Assembly (NCBI GenBank): GCA_027021335.1
Contig: JALUUO010000088.1
Location: 37,916-101,915 of the forward strand
Source: Nitrospirota bacterium
GTDB lineage: Bacteria > Nitrospirota > Thermodesulfovibrionia > SZUA-242
DNA: 64,000 nucleotides
Direction: 5' to 3'
Shown here: positions 30,340-40,318 of the stretch, one piece after another
How positions within the stretch are numbered: position 1 is the first letter of the stretch
How the letters are laid out: every line of letters starts with the position of its first letter
The notes under the pieces: model-generated
Database searches by the model: none
Seen by the model: only the letters and a program-made list of their open reading frames with translations
What the model was told of the DNA's origin: nothing
Position numbers and translations under genes: made by a program

Positions 30340-33128
30340 AACAGCCCGAACTAAAGAACTTTAATAGTGCTGAGAACTATGTCAGCCGTTCTTCCCTTCG
30401 CAATCAGTATATTTTGATACTCATGGCCATATCGATTTTGCCAACTATTTTGATGGGCGGACTGCTAATTCGCAGGTCTGAAGTTCAGTTTGAAAAGGAT
30501 GCATATGAAAACGGTATTAACATTTTGCGTCAGGTGCAGAGCGATGTTCAGAGATATATCAATAAGTTACCAAGTGAAGCCTTGATGTTGGCACGTACCT
30601 ACCAGGTTTTGGATTTGATAAAAGACCGTGATGCCCAGAAACCTTCGGCGGACGAAGTGACAATGAACAGCTCGAAAGAAGATGTCCAAGCTCTTTTTAC
30701 AGCATATGCCGAGTCTCATTATGACGTCAGGCAAGTACGGCTGCTTGATACGTCCGGCCACGAGTGGATCAGGGTGAACTCCTTAAATGGAACGGCACAG
30801 GTTGTACCCGAGCATCAACTGCAGGATAAATCTGAAAGATACTATTTTAAAGAAGCGCTTAAACTTAGAAATGGTGAAAGCTATGTTTCGTCCATGGATC
30901 TGAATGTTGAAAATGGTGTTATGTTGTACGATGACCCAATGTTGAGGATAGCTGCTCCTGTATGGGTTGATGGACTGGTACAGGCCGTGGTCGTTATTAA
31001 TAAAACACCGCTTGAGCTGATAGAACACATAGACCGTATTAAGCCAATGGGTTCACTGTTGCTTGCCGACTTATCCGGCAGATATTTTTATCATCCGGAC
31101 CCTTCCAAACGGTGGGGCAGGCAGGGAGCTAATATTTATGAAGATTGGCCGCAATTAAGAAATGCCGTGGATAGTGGAGAGACCAACGTTCGAAGCGGAG
31201 ACAGTTCTATGTTTTTTACAGAGGTTAAGCTGTTTCCAAGCAGAGCGCGAAGAAGTTGGTTGTTAGGGTTGGAATTTGATCGATCGGTTTTTTCAGCTAA
31301 GGCTGAAGACTTTACCGTGGTGATTATTGTATTGATAGTTGGTGTCGGAATAATAGCCCTGTTAACGGCACTTGTCATGGCCTCGTACCTGAGCCGCCCT
31401 GTTACGGCTTTGGCAAATGCTGCCCATCGTTTGCGTCAGGGTGATTTTTCGACGCGTGTGCCTGTAGAGCGCAACAACGAGCTTGGTGATCTTGAGTTAG
31501 CTTTTAATCAGATGGCAGGAGAACTGCAAGAACATACCGATCACCTGGAATCCATGGTTTATGAGCGTACTGAAGAGCTTCTTCAGGCCAATATCGCGGC
31601 CGAGGCAGCCAGCCGGGCAAAAAGCGAGTTTTTGGCAAACATGAGCCACGAGATAAACACACCTATGAACGGTGTTATAGGCATGGCTGAGCTTCTAATG
31701 GAAACCGGTATGACCGGAGAGCAACGTGAGTATATGGAGATGCTGAAGGATTCAGCTGATTCTCTTATGATGATAATCAATGATATCCTGGATTTATCCA
31801 AGATTGAAGCGGGTAAATTTGAAGTGGAAGAATCGGTTTTTGTACTAAGAGACTGTATAGAAGAGGTCATGAAGGCCGGTGAAGTGGAATCACTTAAGAA
31901 GGGACTTGAATTGAACTACGATCTGGCACCTGAACTGCCTGTTTCTGTTGTGGGTGATGCCGGGCTGCTTAAGCAGGTTCTAAATAAGCTGATGGAAAAT
32001 GCAGTTAAGTTTACCGACAAGGGCGGAATCTCTGTTCATGTGAGTCTTCAGGAACGAACCTGTGAAGAAGTTGCTCTGCTTTTCAGAGTGACTGATACAG
32101 GAATAGGTATTGCCAAGGATTATCAAACAATGATATTTGATGTTTTTACACAGGCGGACTCTTCCAGTACGCGTAAATATGGTGGAAACGGACTGGGCCT
32201 TTCTTTATGCTTTCAACTTGTGGGCATGATGAATGGGAAAATATGGGTCGAAAGTGAGGTCGGCAAGGGAAGTACTTTCTTCTTTACCGCACATTTCGGT
32301 CTTCTGCATGAGACAGAGGATGAGAAGGCGGCAGAGTCTGAACATGCACAAGATATTTTGCAGATAAGTAAAAAAAGCCTTGATATTTTGGTGGCCGAAG
32401 ACAATCTTGTTAATCAGCGTCTTACGGCCGGCCTGCTTCAGGGGGCTGGTCATAGGGTTACTATCGCTTCAAACGGCCGGGCTGCGCTCGATATGATCGG
32501 GCAACAAGACTATGATCTTGTTTTTATGGATATCCAGATGCCGGAGATGGATGGATACGAAGCTGTCAGGATCATACGCGAGCAGGAAAGTGGCACTGAA
32601 AGACATATTACTGTTATTGCGCTTACGGCACATGCTATGAAAGGTGATCGTGAGCGCTGTATCGAGGCAGGTATGGATGACTATTTACCAAAGCCACTCA
32701 GGAAAAGGGAGCTTTTTGAAGTTATAGAGAAATATTTCCCGGATACTGTGCAGGAGCAGCCCTCTGAGCCTGTACAGTCAAGTGGCAAGAATGAGGTGAT
32801 CGACAGAGATGGAGCCCTTGCGCTTTTGGATGGAGACGAGGAGCTTCTGGAACAGATATGGGAAGCCTTTATTGAAGACCTTCCAAGGCGGCGTGAGGCA
32901 TTTAAGAAATCTGTGGAAAACAACGATATAGTGCTTTTTGAAAGAGAGGCTCATTCATTAAAAAGTGTGGCCGGCAGTATTGGGGCCGGCTTGCTAAGGG
33001 AGGCGGCAATTCAGGCGGAATTTATGGCTAGAAACGGTATGTTTGAAAAAATATCTTATGCCCATAATGATATTATGCGTGAACTGGATAGTGTTATGAA
33101 TTCTTTGCCCGTGTTTCAGCGTGGATGA
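30336..33128 (+). CDS. Hybrid sensor histidine kinase with a large periplasmic sensor domain, then HAMP-HisKA-HATPase-REC-HPt
   Basis: Two transmembrane helices flank a sensor domain of about 290 aa. These are followed by HAMP, an H-box ([14 protein letters not shown]), ATPase motifs ([10 protein letters not shown]), a receiver ([14 protein letters not shown]) and a C-terminal HPt domain ([12 protein letters not shown]). An ATGA overlap couples it to the upstream kinase. Confidence 0.92.
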   Translation: MKQPELKNFNSAENYVSRSSLRNQYILILMAISILPTILMGGLLIRRSEVQFEKDAYENGINILRQVQSDVQRYINKLPSEALMLARTYQVLDLIKDRDAQKPSADEVTMNSSKEDVQALFTAYAESHYDVRQVRLLDTSGHEWIRVNSLNGTAQVVPEHQLQDKSERYYFKEALKLRNGESYVSSMDLNVENGVMLYDDPMLRIAAPVWVDGLVQAVVVINKTPLELIEHIDRIKPMGSLLLADLSGRYFYHPDPSKRWGRQGANIYEDWPQLRNAVDSGETNVRSGDSSMFFTEVKLFPSRARRSWLLGLEFDRSVFSAKAEDFTVVIIVLIVGVGIIALLTALVMASYLSRPVTALANAAHRLRQGDFSTRVPVERNNELGDLELAFNQMAGELQEHTDHLESMVYERTEELLQANIAAEAASRAKSEFLANMSHEINTPMNGVIGMAELLMETGMTGEQREYMEMLKDSADSLMMIINDILDLSKIEAGKFEVEESVFVLRDCIEEVMKAGEVESLKKGLELNYDLAPELPVSVVGDAGLLKQVLNKLMENAVKFTDKGGISVHVSLQERTCEEVALLFRVTDTGIGIAKDYQTMIFDVFTQADSSSTRKYGGNGLGLSLCFQLVGMMNGKIWVESEVGKGSTFFFTAHFGLLHETEDEKAAESEHAQDILQISKKSLDILVAEDNLVNQRLTAGLLQGAGHRVTIASNGRAALDMIGQQDYDLVFMDIQMPEMDGYEAVRIIREQESGTERHITVIALTAHAMKGDRERCIEAGMDDYLPKPLRKRELFEVIEKYFPDTVQEQPSEPVQSSGKNEVIDRDGALALLDGDEELLEQIWEAFIEDLPRRREAFKKSVENNDIVLFEREAHSLKSVAGSIGAGLLREAAIQAEFMARNGMFEKISYAHNDIMRELDSVMNSLPVFQRG

Positions 33129-33181
33129 GTGGAGAGATGTTTTTTAACCCGGCCGTATAGCTCTAAAAATGGGGGTGTGTT

Positions 33182-33583
33182 ATGAGAATTTTAGTTGTGG
33201 AAGATGAGTTTATTACTCGCAAATTATTGTTGTCGATTCTCTCTATCTATGGAGAATGTGATGTTGCAGTTGACGGAGAAGAAGCTGTGCTGGCTTTTAC
33301 TATGGCCCATGAAGAAAACAGACCGTATGATCTTATCTGCCTGGATATATTGATGCCGAATAAAGACGGTCATCAAGCGCTGAAGGAAATTCGTGAAAAA
33401 GAAAAGGTAAGAGCTATAAAGGGCCCGGATGAGGTGAAAATTCTGATGATGACAGTACTTGGAGACCCGGTAAATGTTTTCGAGGCATACAACAAAGGTG
33501 GTGCTACATCGTATATTGTAAAGCCTGTAGATAAGATAGCATTGATAGAAGAGATACATAAACTCGGACTGCTTGTAAAGTAA
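33182..33583 (+). CDS. Single-domain response regulator (CheY-like receiver)
   Basis: MRILVVEDEF N-terminus, phospho-acceptor Asp within ICLDILMPNKDG, and no output domain. Confidence 0.88.
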   Translation: MRILVVEDEFITRKLLLSILSIYGECDVAVDGEEAVLAFTMAHEENRPYDLICLDILMPNKDGHQALKEIREKEKVRAIKGPDEVKILMMTVLGDPVNVFEAYNKGGATSYIVKPVDKIALIEEIHKLGLLVK

Positions 33584-33597
33584 GTATACCCGGAAAT

Positions 33598-34431
33598 ATG
33601 AAAAACTATAAGCTGACGATTGCGCTGAATATAATTACACTTTTTCTGATTTTAGGCTTTACCGGATCTTCAGCTTCGGCAGAATACAAAATCAAATATG
33701 TTGGTTCATCAACCGTTGGAAGATTCATGGAAGATGCTGCGGTAACCTATTCTCATGCAGGCTTTGAGATAAATACCAAGTCCGAAAGCGGTGCTGGGGA
33801 AAGAGCCGTTGCAGCAGGCGAGGTTGATTTGGGAGGTGTGGATGGGGAGGTAAAGCCTGAAATTTTGGATCAAGGTGTAAAACCACACCTTATAGGAAAG
33901 GATGTTATTGCTGTCTGGGTTAATACTGAAAACCCGGTAACCGATCTATCCATAAGTCAGTTGAAAAATATATTTGTTGGAGTGACTGTCAACTGGAAAG
34001 ACCTTGGAGGCCCTGATCTTCCGATCACGGTTTACCTGGTCAAGCCCCGGTCTGCAAACAGGAATATTTTCAGTGATACTGTGCTTGAAGGAGTGCCGTA
34101 TTCAGATGAGGTAAGACAAAGGTTTTCAGGGAAAAATATTCTGAGCCTTCAAGCGGGCTCTGACCTGCTTGACAAGATAGCCAAAGATAAGGGAGGCATT
34201 GGGCCTCTGAGTTTTGCTCTTGGCAACGGACAAACAATGTCCAAACGAGTAAAAAAAGTTGATGTGGACGGACAGATCGCCTCTGTCAGTAATCCGGAAT
34301 ATCCTATTACCAGTCCCATTTATCTTATTACCAACGGTGAACCGAATCCGGCAACCAAGGAATTTTTAGACTGGACGGTTTCTTCGGATGGACAGTCTAT
34401 AATCAAAAGATATTTTATAGGAGTAAAATAA
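33598..34431 (+). CDS. Periplasmic substrate-binding protein of the PstS/phosphate-binding family. It lies within a signalling cluster rather than next to an ABC transporter.
   Basis: Signal peptide and a PstS-like PBP fold (GSSTVGRF...SGAGERAVAAGEVDLGG...IAVWVNTENPVTDLSISQLKNIF...NW). No permease or ATPase genes are adjacent. Confidence 0.7.
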   Translation: MKNYKLTIALNIITLFLILGFTGSSASAEYKIKYVGSSTVGRFMEDAAVTYSHAGFEINTKSESGAGERAVAAGEVDLGGVDGEVKPEILDQGVKPHLIGKDVIAVWVNTENPVTDLSISQLKNIFVGVTVNWKDLGGPDLPITVYLVKPRSANRNIFSDTVLEGVPYSDEVRQRFSGKNILSLQAGSDLLDKIAKDKGGIGPLSFALGNGQTMSKRVKKVDVDGQIASVSNPEYPITSPIYLITNGEPNPATKEFLDWTVSSDGQSIIKRYFIGVK

Positions 34432-34468
34432 CCTAAGTTGAGACCGATTGAATACAACTTAAAGACTA

Positions 34469-34936
34469 TTGAAAAAAACGATACTAAATGTAGGTGATAT
34501 TGTTGTCTCCAGCGGACCTTCGATTTTAGAGACGATTCTTGGTTCTTGCGTTTCTGTCTGTCTTTGGGATGAACGGTTAAAGATAGGAGGGATGAACCAT
34601 TTCCTTCTGCCGCAAATTAGTACCAATATAAAAGACCCTGCATATTGCGGCTCTGAATCTATAAAAAAACTGGTTGCTGAAACCCTAAAACTGGGAGCCA
34701 GTACACGCCGCCTAAAAGCAAAAATATTCGGGGGATGCAGGGTGATTAATGGATGCGAAAATACTTTTAATGTGGGGGGACAGAATGTCAGGATGGCAAA
34801 AAAAATATTAAATCAGTATGAAATTCCTATTGTCATGGATTTAACCGGAATGGATTACGGTATTAAACTGGTTTTTTATCCGGTTACAGGAAGAGCGTTT
34901 GTGAAAAAGATAGAATCTTTACCTGGGTCTGTTTAG
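34469..34936 (+). CDS. cheD: Chemoreceptor glutamine deamidase CheD
   Basis: CheD-family motifs (LGSCVSVCLWD...GGMNHFLLP). Confidence 0.85.
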   Translation: MKKTILNVGDIVVSSGPSILETILGSCVSVCLWDERLKIGGMNHFLLPQISTNIKDPAYCGSESIKKLVAETLKLGASTRRLKAKIFGGCRVINGCENTFNVGGQNVRMAKKILNQYEIPIVMDLTGMDYGIKLVFYPVTGRAFVKKIESLPGSV

Positions 34937-35283
34937 TTATGAAGCAGTTGATATGATTAAGTTTTAGTGGCTTTCCTGCTCAATCTGTCTTTCAATCATA
35001 AATATATGGATATAAAGTTTTAAAAAACCGGCTTAACCTTGTTCTGGACTTGCAGAATAGAATACTGGAATCCTGGAAGTATAAACAGTTATAATAAAAA
35101 CTACCTAGATGTTTAGGTTGAAGGCTGTTTTAGTAGAAAAATATTATCTAAACCAATAATACTATGCGCTATGCGCAAATTCCTGCGCGACTCATCAGGC
35201 TTTCTGTCTTCAGCCTAAATTAAAAATATCTAACTTGCTGCTGTAGTTAATTCTAAAAAACTATTTTGCCTGGAGGTGTAAAT

Positions 35284-35487
35284 ATGCCTGTCTATGAATA
35301 TAAATGCGAAGACTGTAATAACAACTTTTCTGTGCTTCAAAGCATGAAAGCCGATGAAAAAGGTTCCGTCTGTACAAAGTGTGGCAGTTCCAATGTAAGA
35401 AAAAAGATATCCTCATTTTCCTGTTGCAACTCCTCTGCCGGACTTGGCGGTGGAACACCACCAATGGGTACAACAGGCGGAACTTGA
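35284..35487 (+). CDS. FmdB-family zinc-ribbon protein
   Basis: MPVYEYKCEDCNNNFSV...CTKCGSSNVRK carries a CxxC...CxxC zinc ribbon, with a Gly/Ser-rich tail. The start at 35284 has a GGAGGT sequence upstream. The ORF track starts earlier, at 35266. Confidence 0.75.
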   Translation: MPVYEYKCEDCNNNFSVLQSMKADEKGSVCTKCGSSNVRKKISSFSCCNSSAGLGGGTPPMGTTGGT

Positions 35488-35559
35488 GGCATCTCTAGCT
35501 GCTGAACAGTTGTTCAGTAAAAAGTAAAAAGGCCCTGTTTTGGAGAATTAGTTAATTAA

Positions 35560-36969
35560 ATGTTTAGGCAACATTTCAGGCTGGTCAAGTGGGGTCTTTA
35601 TGCCGGTGATATGCTGGCAACAAGCGCCTCTTTTTACCTGGCCTACTCTATACGTGCTACATTGGCCGGCGGTGACGGCTCTGTCTTTCCTTTTGAGCGC
35701 TACCGTTTTGTCTTTTTAATCATTCTGCCTGTATGGTCGATCTTGTTATCTTACTTCGGGCTGTATAAGTCGCAGAGGTTTAGGCCTATTAGAAGCGAGT
35801 TATGGACTATTACCAAAGCGGCTGTTTTAGGAGGTTTGGTTCTAAATACAGCCCTTTTCGGCCTGAAGGTAGAGTTTATAAGTCGTTTAATGGTTGTTGT
35901 ATTTGGGCTTTCGAACATTTTTCTTCTGTTTTTGTGGCGTGCAACAGTGCGCTTGATAGCGAATTATGTAAGAAGCCAGGATTACAACTATAAAAATATA
36001 CTGCTGGTCTGTACGGATGAGAAGGGCAAGGAGCTGGTTGAAATTATCGAGAATCACAAGACATGGGGCCTCAATTTAGTTGGTGTTGCCAGTGATAGTA
36101 GGACTTCCGGAACGTTATTTGGCTACCCTATACTGGGAAGTATCAACGAGATTCCTCAAATTATACACAAACAACCTGTAGACGAAGTTATGTTCTGCCT
36201 GCCAAAAAGCATGCTTGATGAGCTTGAAGACCTGTTTTTGCTTCTGGAAGATGAAGGAATTAATGCGAGGGTTATACTGAACTTCTTTCCGCATATTGTT
36301 TCAAGGGTTCAGCTTGATGAGTTGCATGGCATTCCGTTTTTGACATTTACGACGGTTCCCACGGATGAGTTCATGTTGACCGTAAAAAGGGCGCTTGATT
36401 TACTTATATCCTTTTTGCTGCTGGTTTTTCTTTCACCTTTGCTACTTGTAACTGCTGTTCTGGTCAAGGTTACATCGCCCGGGCCTGTTTTATTCAAGCA
36501 GGAACGTATAGGTCTGCATGGCCGAAAGTTCATACTTTATAAATTCAGATCCATGTACAAAGATGCTGAGAAGAGAAAGAGAGCGCTTCTTGAAAGAAAT
36601 GAGATGGATGGTCCGGTCTTCAAAATGAAGAACGATCCACGAATAACACCTTTGGGAAGGTTTTTGAGGAGATCAAGCATCGATGAGCTTTTACAGCTAT
36701 GGAATGTGTTAAAGGGGGATATGAGTATAGTCGGTCCGAGGCCTCCTTTGCCCGGCGAAGTTGAACAGTATGAACGCTGGCAGAGACGCAGGTTGAGTAT
36801 GAAACCCGGCCTTACGTGTCTGTGGCAAATCAGCGGTAGAAACAAAATAGGTTTTAAAGACTGGATCAAGCTGGACCTGCAGTACATCGATAATTGGAGC
36901 CTGCTTCTTGACTGTAAAATATTCTTGAAAACAATACCTGTTGTTCTTTTAGGCAGAGGAGCCGGATAA
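35560..36969 (+). CDS. Polyprenyl-phosphate sugar phosphotransferase (WbaP/WcaJ/EpsB-type initiating glycosyltransferase)
   Basis: N-terminal transmembrane helices, a CoA-binding-like region, and the bacterial sugar-transferase C-terminal domain (KRALDLLISFLLL...VGPRP). Confidence 0.88.
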   Translation: MFRQHFRLVKWGLYAGDMLATSASFYLAYSIRATLAGGDGSVFPFERYRFVFLIILPVWSILLSYFGLYKSQRFRPIRSELWTITKAAVLGGLVLNTALFGLKVEFISRLMVVVFGLSNIFLLFLWRATVRLIANYVRSQDYNYKNILLVCTDEKGKELVEIIENHKTWGLNLVGVASDSRTSGTLFGYPILGSINEIPQIIHKQPVDEVMFCLPKSMLDELEDLFLLLEDEGINARVILNFFPHIVSRVQLDELHGIPFLTFTTVPTDEFMLTVKRALDLLISFLLLVFLSPLLLVTAVLVKVTSPGPVLFKQERIGLHGRKFILYKFRSMYKDAEKRKRALLERNEMDGPVFKMKNDPRITPLGRFLRRSSIDELLQLWNVLKGDMSIVGPRPPLPGEVEQYERWQRRRLSMKPGLTCLWQISGRNKIGFKDWIKLDLQYIDNWSLLLDCKIFLKTIPVVLLGRGAG

Positions 36970-37105
36970 TAATTGCCGGCCATAAACTGTTTTAACAAAG
37001 ATCTCGGTTTAAGCTTTATCATTTGAATTTTTACAATACACTCACGCTGTACGTCAATCTCAAGTCTTCAACTTACAGCCTAAAATCCCTAAAATGGAGG
37101 ATACT

Positions 37106-38398
37106 ATGTCGGACTTAAAAAAAATGTATAAAACCATGATGGATGATCATTTTCCTGACGAGATGTCAATATCCTTTGGTGAACAGCTGCTTATCTACAG
37201 GAAGAGAGTTTGGAAACTTCCTGACGCCGGTACAGGAGAATTGATAGAAAAGGGGCTTCGTTATGGTGAAAATCCCGGGCAGGAAGCGGCTCTGTATGAG
37301 TTGGTTGGTGGTAATTTGCAGCTTGGAGATTGCAAGTTCATTGCGCCGGGAAGCGGTCTTGTAAGTGCGATAAACGAAAATGATATGATCCAGGCCGGCA
37401 AGCATCCTGGCAAAACCAACCTGACGGATATTGACAATGGTCTTAATATTTTAAAATACCTAACCGGCAAGCCTGCTGCTGTTATTCTCAAACATAACAA
37501 TCCATGCGGCGCAGCGCAGGCGGACGATCTTGTAGAAGCATTCAGCCGTGCCAATATGGCTGACCGTATCGCGGCTTTTGGGGGTGCTCTCATCGTCAAC
37601 CGCCCGATGGATAAAAACACTGCCAAACTGGCAGCAGAAAATTATCTTGAGGTTGTGGCGGCGCCTGAATTTGAGGAAGGCGTGGTGGATATTCTGATAA
37701 AGCGTAAAAATCTTAGAATTATAAAGATCAGTCGGATCGACAGGCTCAGAGAGTATGCCACAAAGCGATTTTTGGATTTTAAGAGTTTGATAGATGGCGG
37801 AATTATTGTACAGCAGTCACCTCTTAACAGGATTCTGGGCAGAGATGATTTTATGCCGGCCGAGACTGTGTCCAAAGGGAAAAAATATAAAACCGAGCGA
37901 ATGCCTACTGACCGGGAATACGACGATATGCTGTTTGGGTGGTCTGTTGAGCAGGGGGTTACATCGAACTCCGTGATTTATGTGAAAGACGGAGTAACTG
38001 TCGGCATAGGCACAGGTGAACAGGACCGGGTAGGAGTGGCCGAAATAGCAGTGCTTAAGGCCTATACTAAATACTCAGATGCTCTTTGTTTTAAAAAGTA
38101 CGGTATTCCTTATAAAGCTTTTGAACTTGAAGCGGCTCAGGGCAAGAGAGACAGAGGTAGCCTTGATGAGATAGATCAGGAGACGAAACAAAATCATGGC
38201 GGACTTATCGGTTCTGTCATGGTGTCCGACGCCTTTTTCCCGTTCAGGGATGGTGTTGATGTGGGCATAAAAGAAGGGGTATCGGCTATAGTGCATCCGG
38301 GTGGATCAGAGCGGGACTTCGAATCTATAGAGGCATGTAACGAGGCAGATCCCAAAGTTGCCATGGTTTTTACCGGTCAACGGGCTTTCAGGCATTAG
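37106..38398 (+). CDS. Standalone AICAR transformylase, equivalent to the C-terminal AICARFT domain of PurH
   Basis: LRYGENPGQ motif and the AICARFT core (VTSNSVIYVKDGVTVGIGTGEQDRV), with no MGS/cyclohydrolase domain. The ORF track starts at 37094. I prefer the second ATG at 37106, which has a GGAGGA sequence upstream. Confidence 0.85.
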   Translation: MSDLKKMYKTMMDDHFPDEMSISFGEQLLIYRKRVWKLPDAGTGELIEKGLRYGENPGQEAALYELVGGNLQLGDCKFIAPGSGLVSAINENDMIQAGKHPGKTNLTDIDNGLNILKYLTGKPAAVILKHNNPCGAAQADDLVEAFSRANMADRIAAFGGALIVNRPMDKNTAKLAAENYLEVVAAPEFEEGVVDILIKRKNLRIIKISRIDRLREYATKRFLDFKSLIDGGIIVQQSPLNRILGRDDFMPAETVSKGKKYKTERMPTDREYDDMLFGWSVEQGVTSNSVIYVKDGVTVGIGTGEQDRVGVAEIAVLKAYTKYSDALCFKKYGIPYKAFELEAAQGKRDRGSLDEIDQETKQNHGGLIGSVMVSDAFFPFRDGVDVGIKEGVSAIVHPGGSERDFESIEACNEADPKVAMVFTGQRAFRH

Positions 38399-38404
38399 GT
38401 CGAT

Positions 38405-40084
38405 ATGAAGCATACGGTAGAAAATGCAATACTTGGGGCTGTCGAGACGCTTCTTAAAACAAAGTGGGAAATAAGCGAGCTTCCCCGTTTCGAGGTGGAA
38501 GCGCCAAAAAATGAAGCCCACGGTGATTTGGCAACAAATCTGGCCATGCTTCTGGCCAGGCCTCTTAAGAGAGCACCCCGCCGGATCGCTGAAGAGATTG
38601 TTGAAGAAATCACCGGGAACTCTTCTGATCTTTTCGAATCTGTTCAGATAGCCGGACCCGGCTTTATAAACTTCCGCTTTAGCAATGCTTTCTGGCATGA
38701 AAACCTATATAAAATCCTTCACAAAGACCGCTTGTATCTTAGGCGCAACATTGGTGAGGGCAGAAGGGTGCAGGTTGAGTTTGTCTCTGCGAACCCGACC
38801 GGCCCGCTTCATATCGGGCACGGCAGGGGGGCGGCTGTCGGACTTGCCCTTTCAAACCTATTGGAGGCTGCGGGATATAAGGTCGAACGCGAATTCTACA
38901 TCAACGATGCCGGCCGCCAGGTGGGACTGTTGGGTCTTTCTGTCTATGTGCGCTACCAACAGGTCTTGGGTTCAAAAATTGAGCTTCCGGAAAACGCCTA
39001 TCAAGGTGACTATATAGGCGAGGCAGCAGAGGCGCTCATAGCCGAAATAGGAAAGAAATACCTGGATGTTCCATTTGATAAGTGCGGAGAGGATATTACG
39101 GACTGGTCATATAGGCGTATGCTGGCCGAGATCAAGACGGATCTCGAGAATTTTGGAATCCGATTTGATAGTTGGAAGAGCGAAAAGTCTTTGTATGCGG
39201 CTAACGAGGTGCAAAATGCTCTGGATGCACTAAAAGAAAAGGGATATCTTTACGAACATGACCGGGCTTTATGGTTCAAATCAAGTTCTTTTCAAGATGA
39301 TGACAAGGATCGTGTCGTGGTCAAACAGGATGGTGAGTACACATATTTCGCCTCGGACATTGCATATCACAAGGACAAGCTCGATCGTGGTTATGACTAT
39401 ATAATAGATATCTGGGGAGCTGACCATCACGGATATATTGCCCGAATCAGCGCTGTTTTGCAGGCGTTTGGTTACGATAAGGATAGATTCCAGGTTATCC
39501 TGGTGCAGATTGTAAGTCTGCTCAGAAAGGGGCTGCCTGTTAAGATGTCCAAACGTTCGGGTGAGTTTATAACACTACGTGAGGTTGTGGATGAGGTCGG
39601 CGCTGATATAACCAAGTTTATATTTCTTACTCGGCGTTCAGATAGCCACCTGGACTTCGATATCGAGACAGCCAAGCAGCAGTCGTCTGAAAATCCGGTT
39701 TTTTACGTGCAGTATGCGCACGCACGCATAAACAGTATATTTAGACAGGCCCCGGCCAAGGGCTTCAGCAACGTGGATCGCAACAACATGCAGGACATAG
39801 ATGTCTCACGCCTTACAGAGCCTGAAGAACTGGGGTTGATAAGGAAGCTTTGCACCTATCCAATGATCTTTGAAGCTGCTGCGCGAGCCTACGAGCCTCA
39901 TAGAATAACATTCTATCTTCAGGAGCTTGCCGGGCTTTTTCATTCGTATTACCGAAAACACCGTATCCTGGTGGAGGACGACCGCGAGCAGGCCCTTGCC
40001 AGGATGACACTTGCCAGGGCTGTCGAGATCGTTCTTCACGAAGGGCTTACGATACTCGGTGTTCAGGCTCCGGAGAAGATGTGA
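38405..40084 (+). CDS. argS: Arginine--tRNA ligase
   Basis: Class I HIGH motif (NPTGPLHIGHGRGAAVG), a KMSKRSG motif, and a DALR anticodon-binding C-terminus. Confidence 0.93.
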   Translation: MKHTVENAILGAVETLLKTKWEISELPRFEVEAPKNEAHGDLATNLAMLLARPLKRAPRRIAEEIVEEITGNSSDLFESVQIAGPGFINFRFSNAFWHENLYKILHKDRLYLRRNIGEGRRVQVEFVSANPTGPLHIGHGRGAAVGLALSNLLEAAGYKVEREFYINDAGRQVGLLGLSVYVRYQQVLGSKIELPENAYQGDYIGEAAEALIAEIGKKYLDVPFDKCGEDITDWSYRRMLAEIKTDLENFGIRFDSWKSEKSLYAANEVQNALDALKEKGYLYEHDRALWFKSSSFQDDDKDRVVVKQDGEYTYFASDIAYHKDKLDRGYDYIIDIWGADHHGYIARISAVLQAFGYDKDRFQVILVQIVSLLRKGLPVKMSKRSGEFITLREVVDEVGADITKFIFLTRRSDSHLDFDIETAKQQSSENPVFYVQYAHARINSIFRQAPAKGFSNVDRNNMQDIDVSRLTEPEELGLIRKLCTYPMIFEAAARAYEPHRITFYLQELAGLFHSYYRKHRILVEDDREQALARMTLARAVEIVLHEGLTILGVQAPEKM

Positions 40085-40173
40085 GCGTACCTGTTTGAAC
40101 TTCTAAAGACGGATGGAGGGCGCCTGAGTTTTGAGTGATCATATTGTCACTTTTTCGAGTCGTTCCTTACGCT

Positions 40174-40238
40174 AAAGGTCCAGTTCACTTTATGCGACAC
40201 AACGAAAAGACAATGCCACCTGTCCGGGATCTGATCCA
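40174..40238 (+). repeat. Copy B of the 65-bp intergenic repeat. The first copy is at 1245-1309.
   Basis: 91% identity to copy A. It lies 90 bp downstream of the argS stop codon. A small AT-rich hairpin (TTATGTgctttaACATAA) follows it. Confidence 0.8.
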
Positions 40239-40318
40239 TAGTTATGTGCTTTAACATAACGACTTGTAAGTAAAGGTTAAAAAGCTGTCTGCCACATGCA
40301 ACCGGCTTTGAATATGCC

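Noticed and set aside
35040-35080. Sigma54 promoter (CTGGACTTGCAG / TGGAATCCTGGAAG) in the fmdB leader
   Set aside because: The GG and GC elements are not at the required -24/-12 spacing. No enhancer-binding-protein gene is adjacent.
38306-38698. 130-aa minus-strand ORF spanning the purH-C/argS junction, and similar internal antisense ORFs (for example 23613..24152 inside infB, 42309..42551 inside nifU, 45566..46185 inside the GldG gene)
   Set aside because: They overlap well-supported genes on the opposite strand. They have no homology and no ribosome-binding sites.
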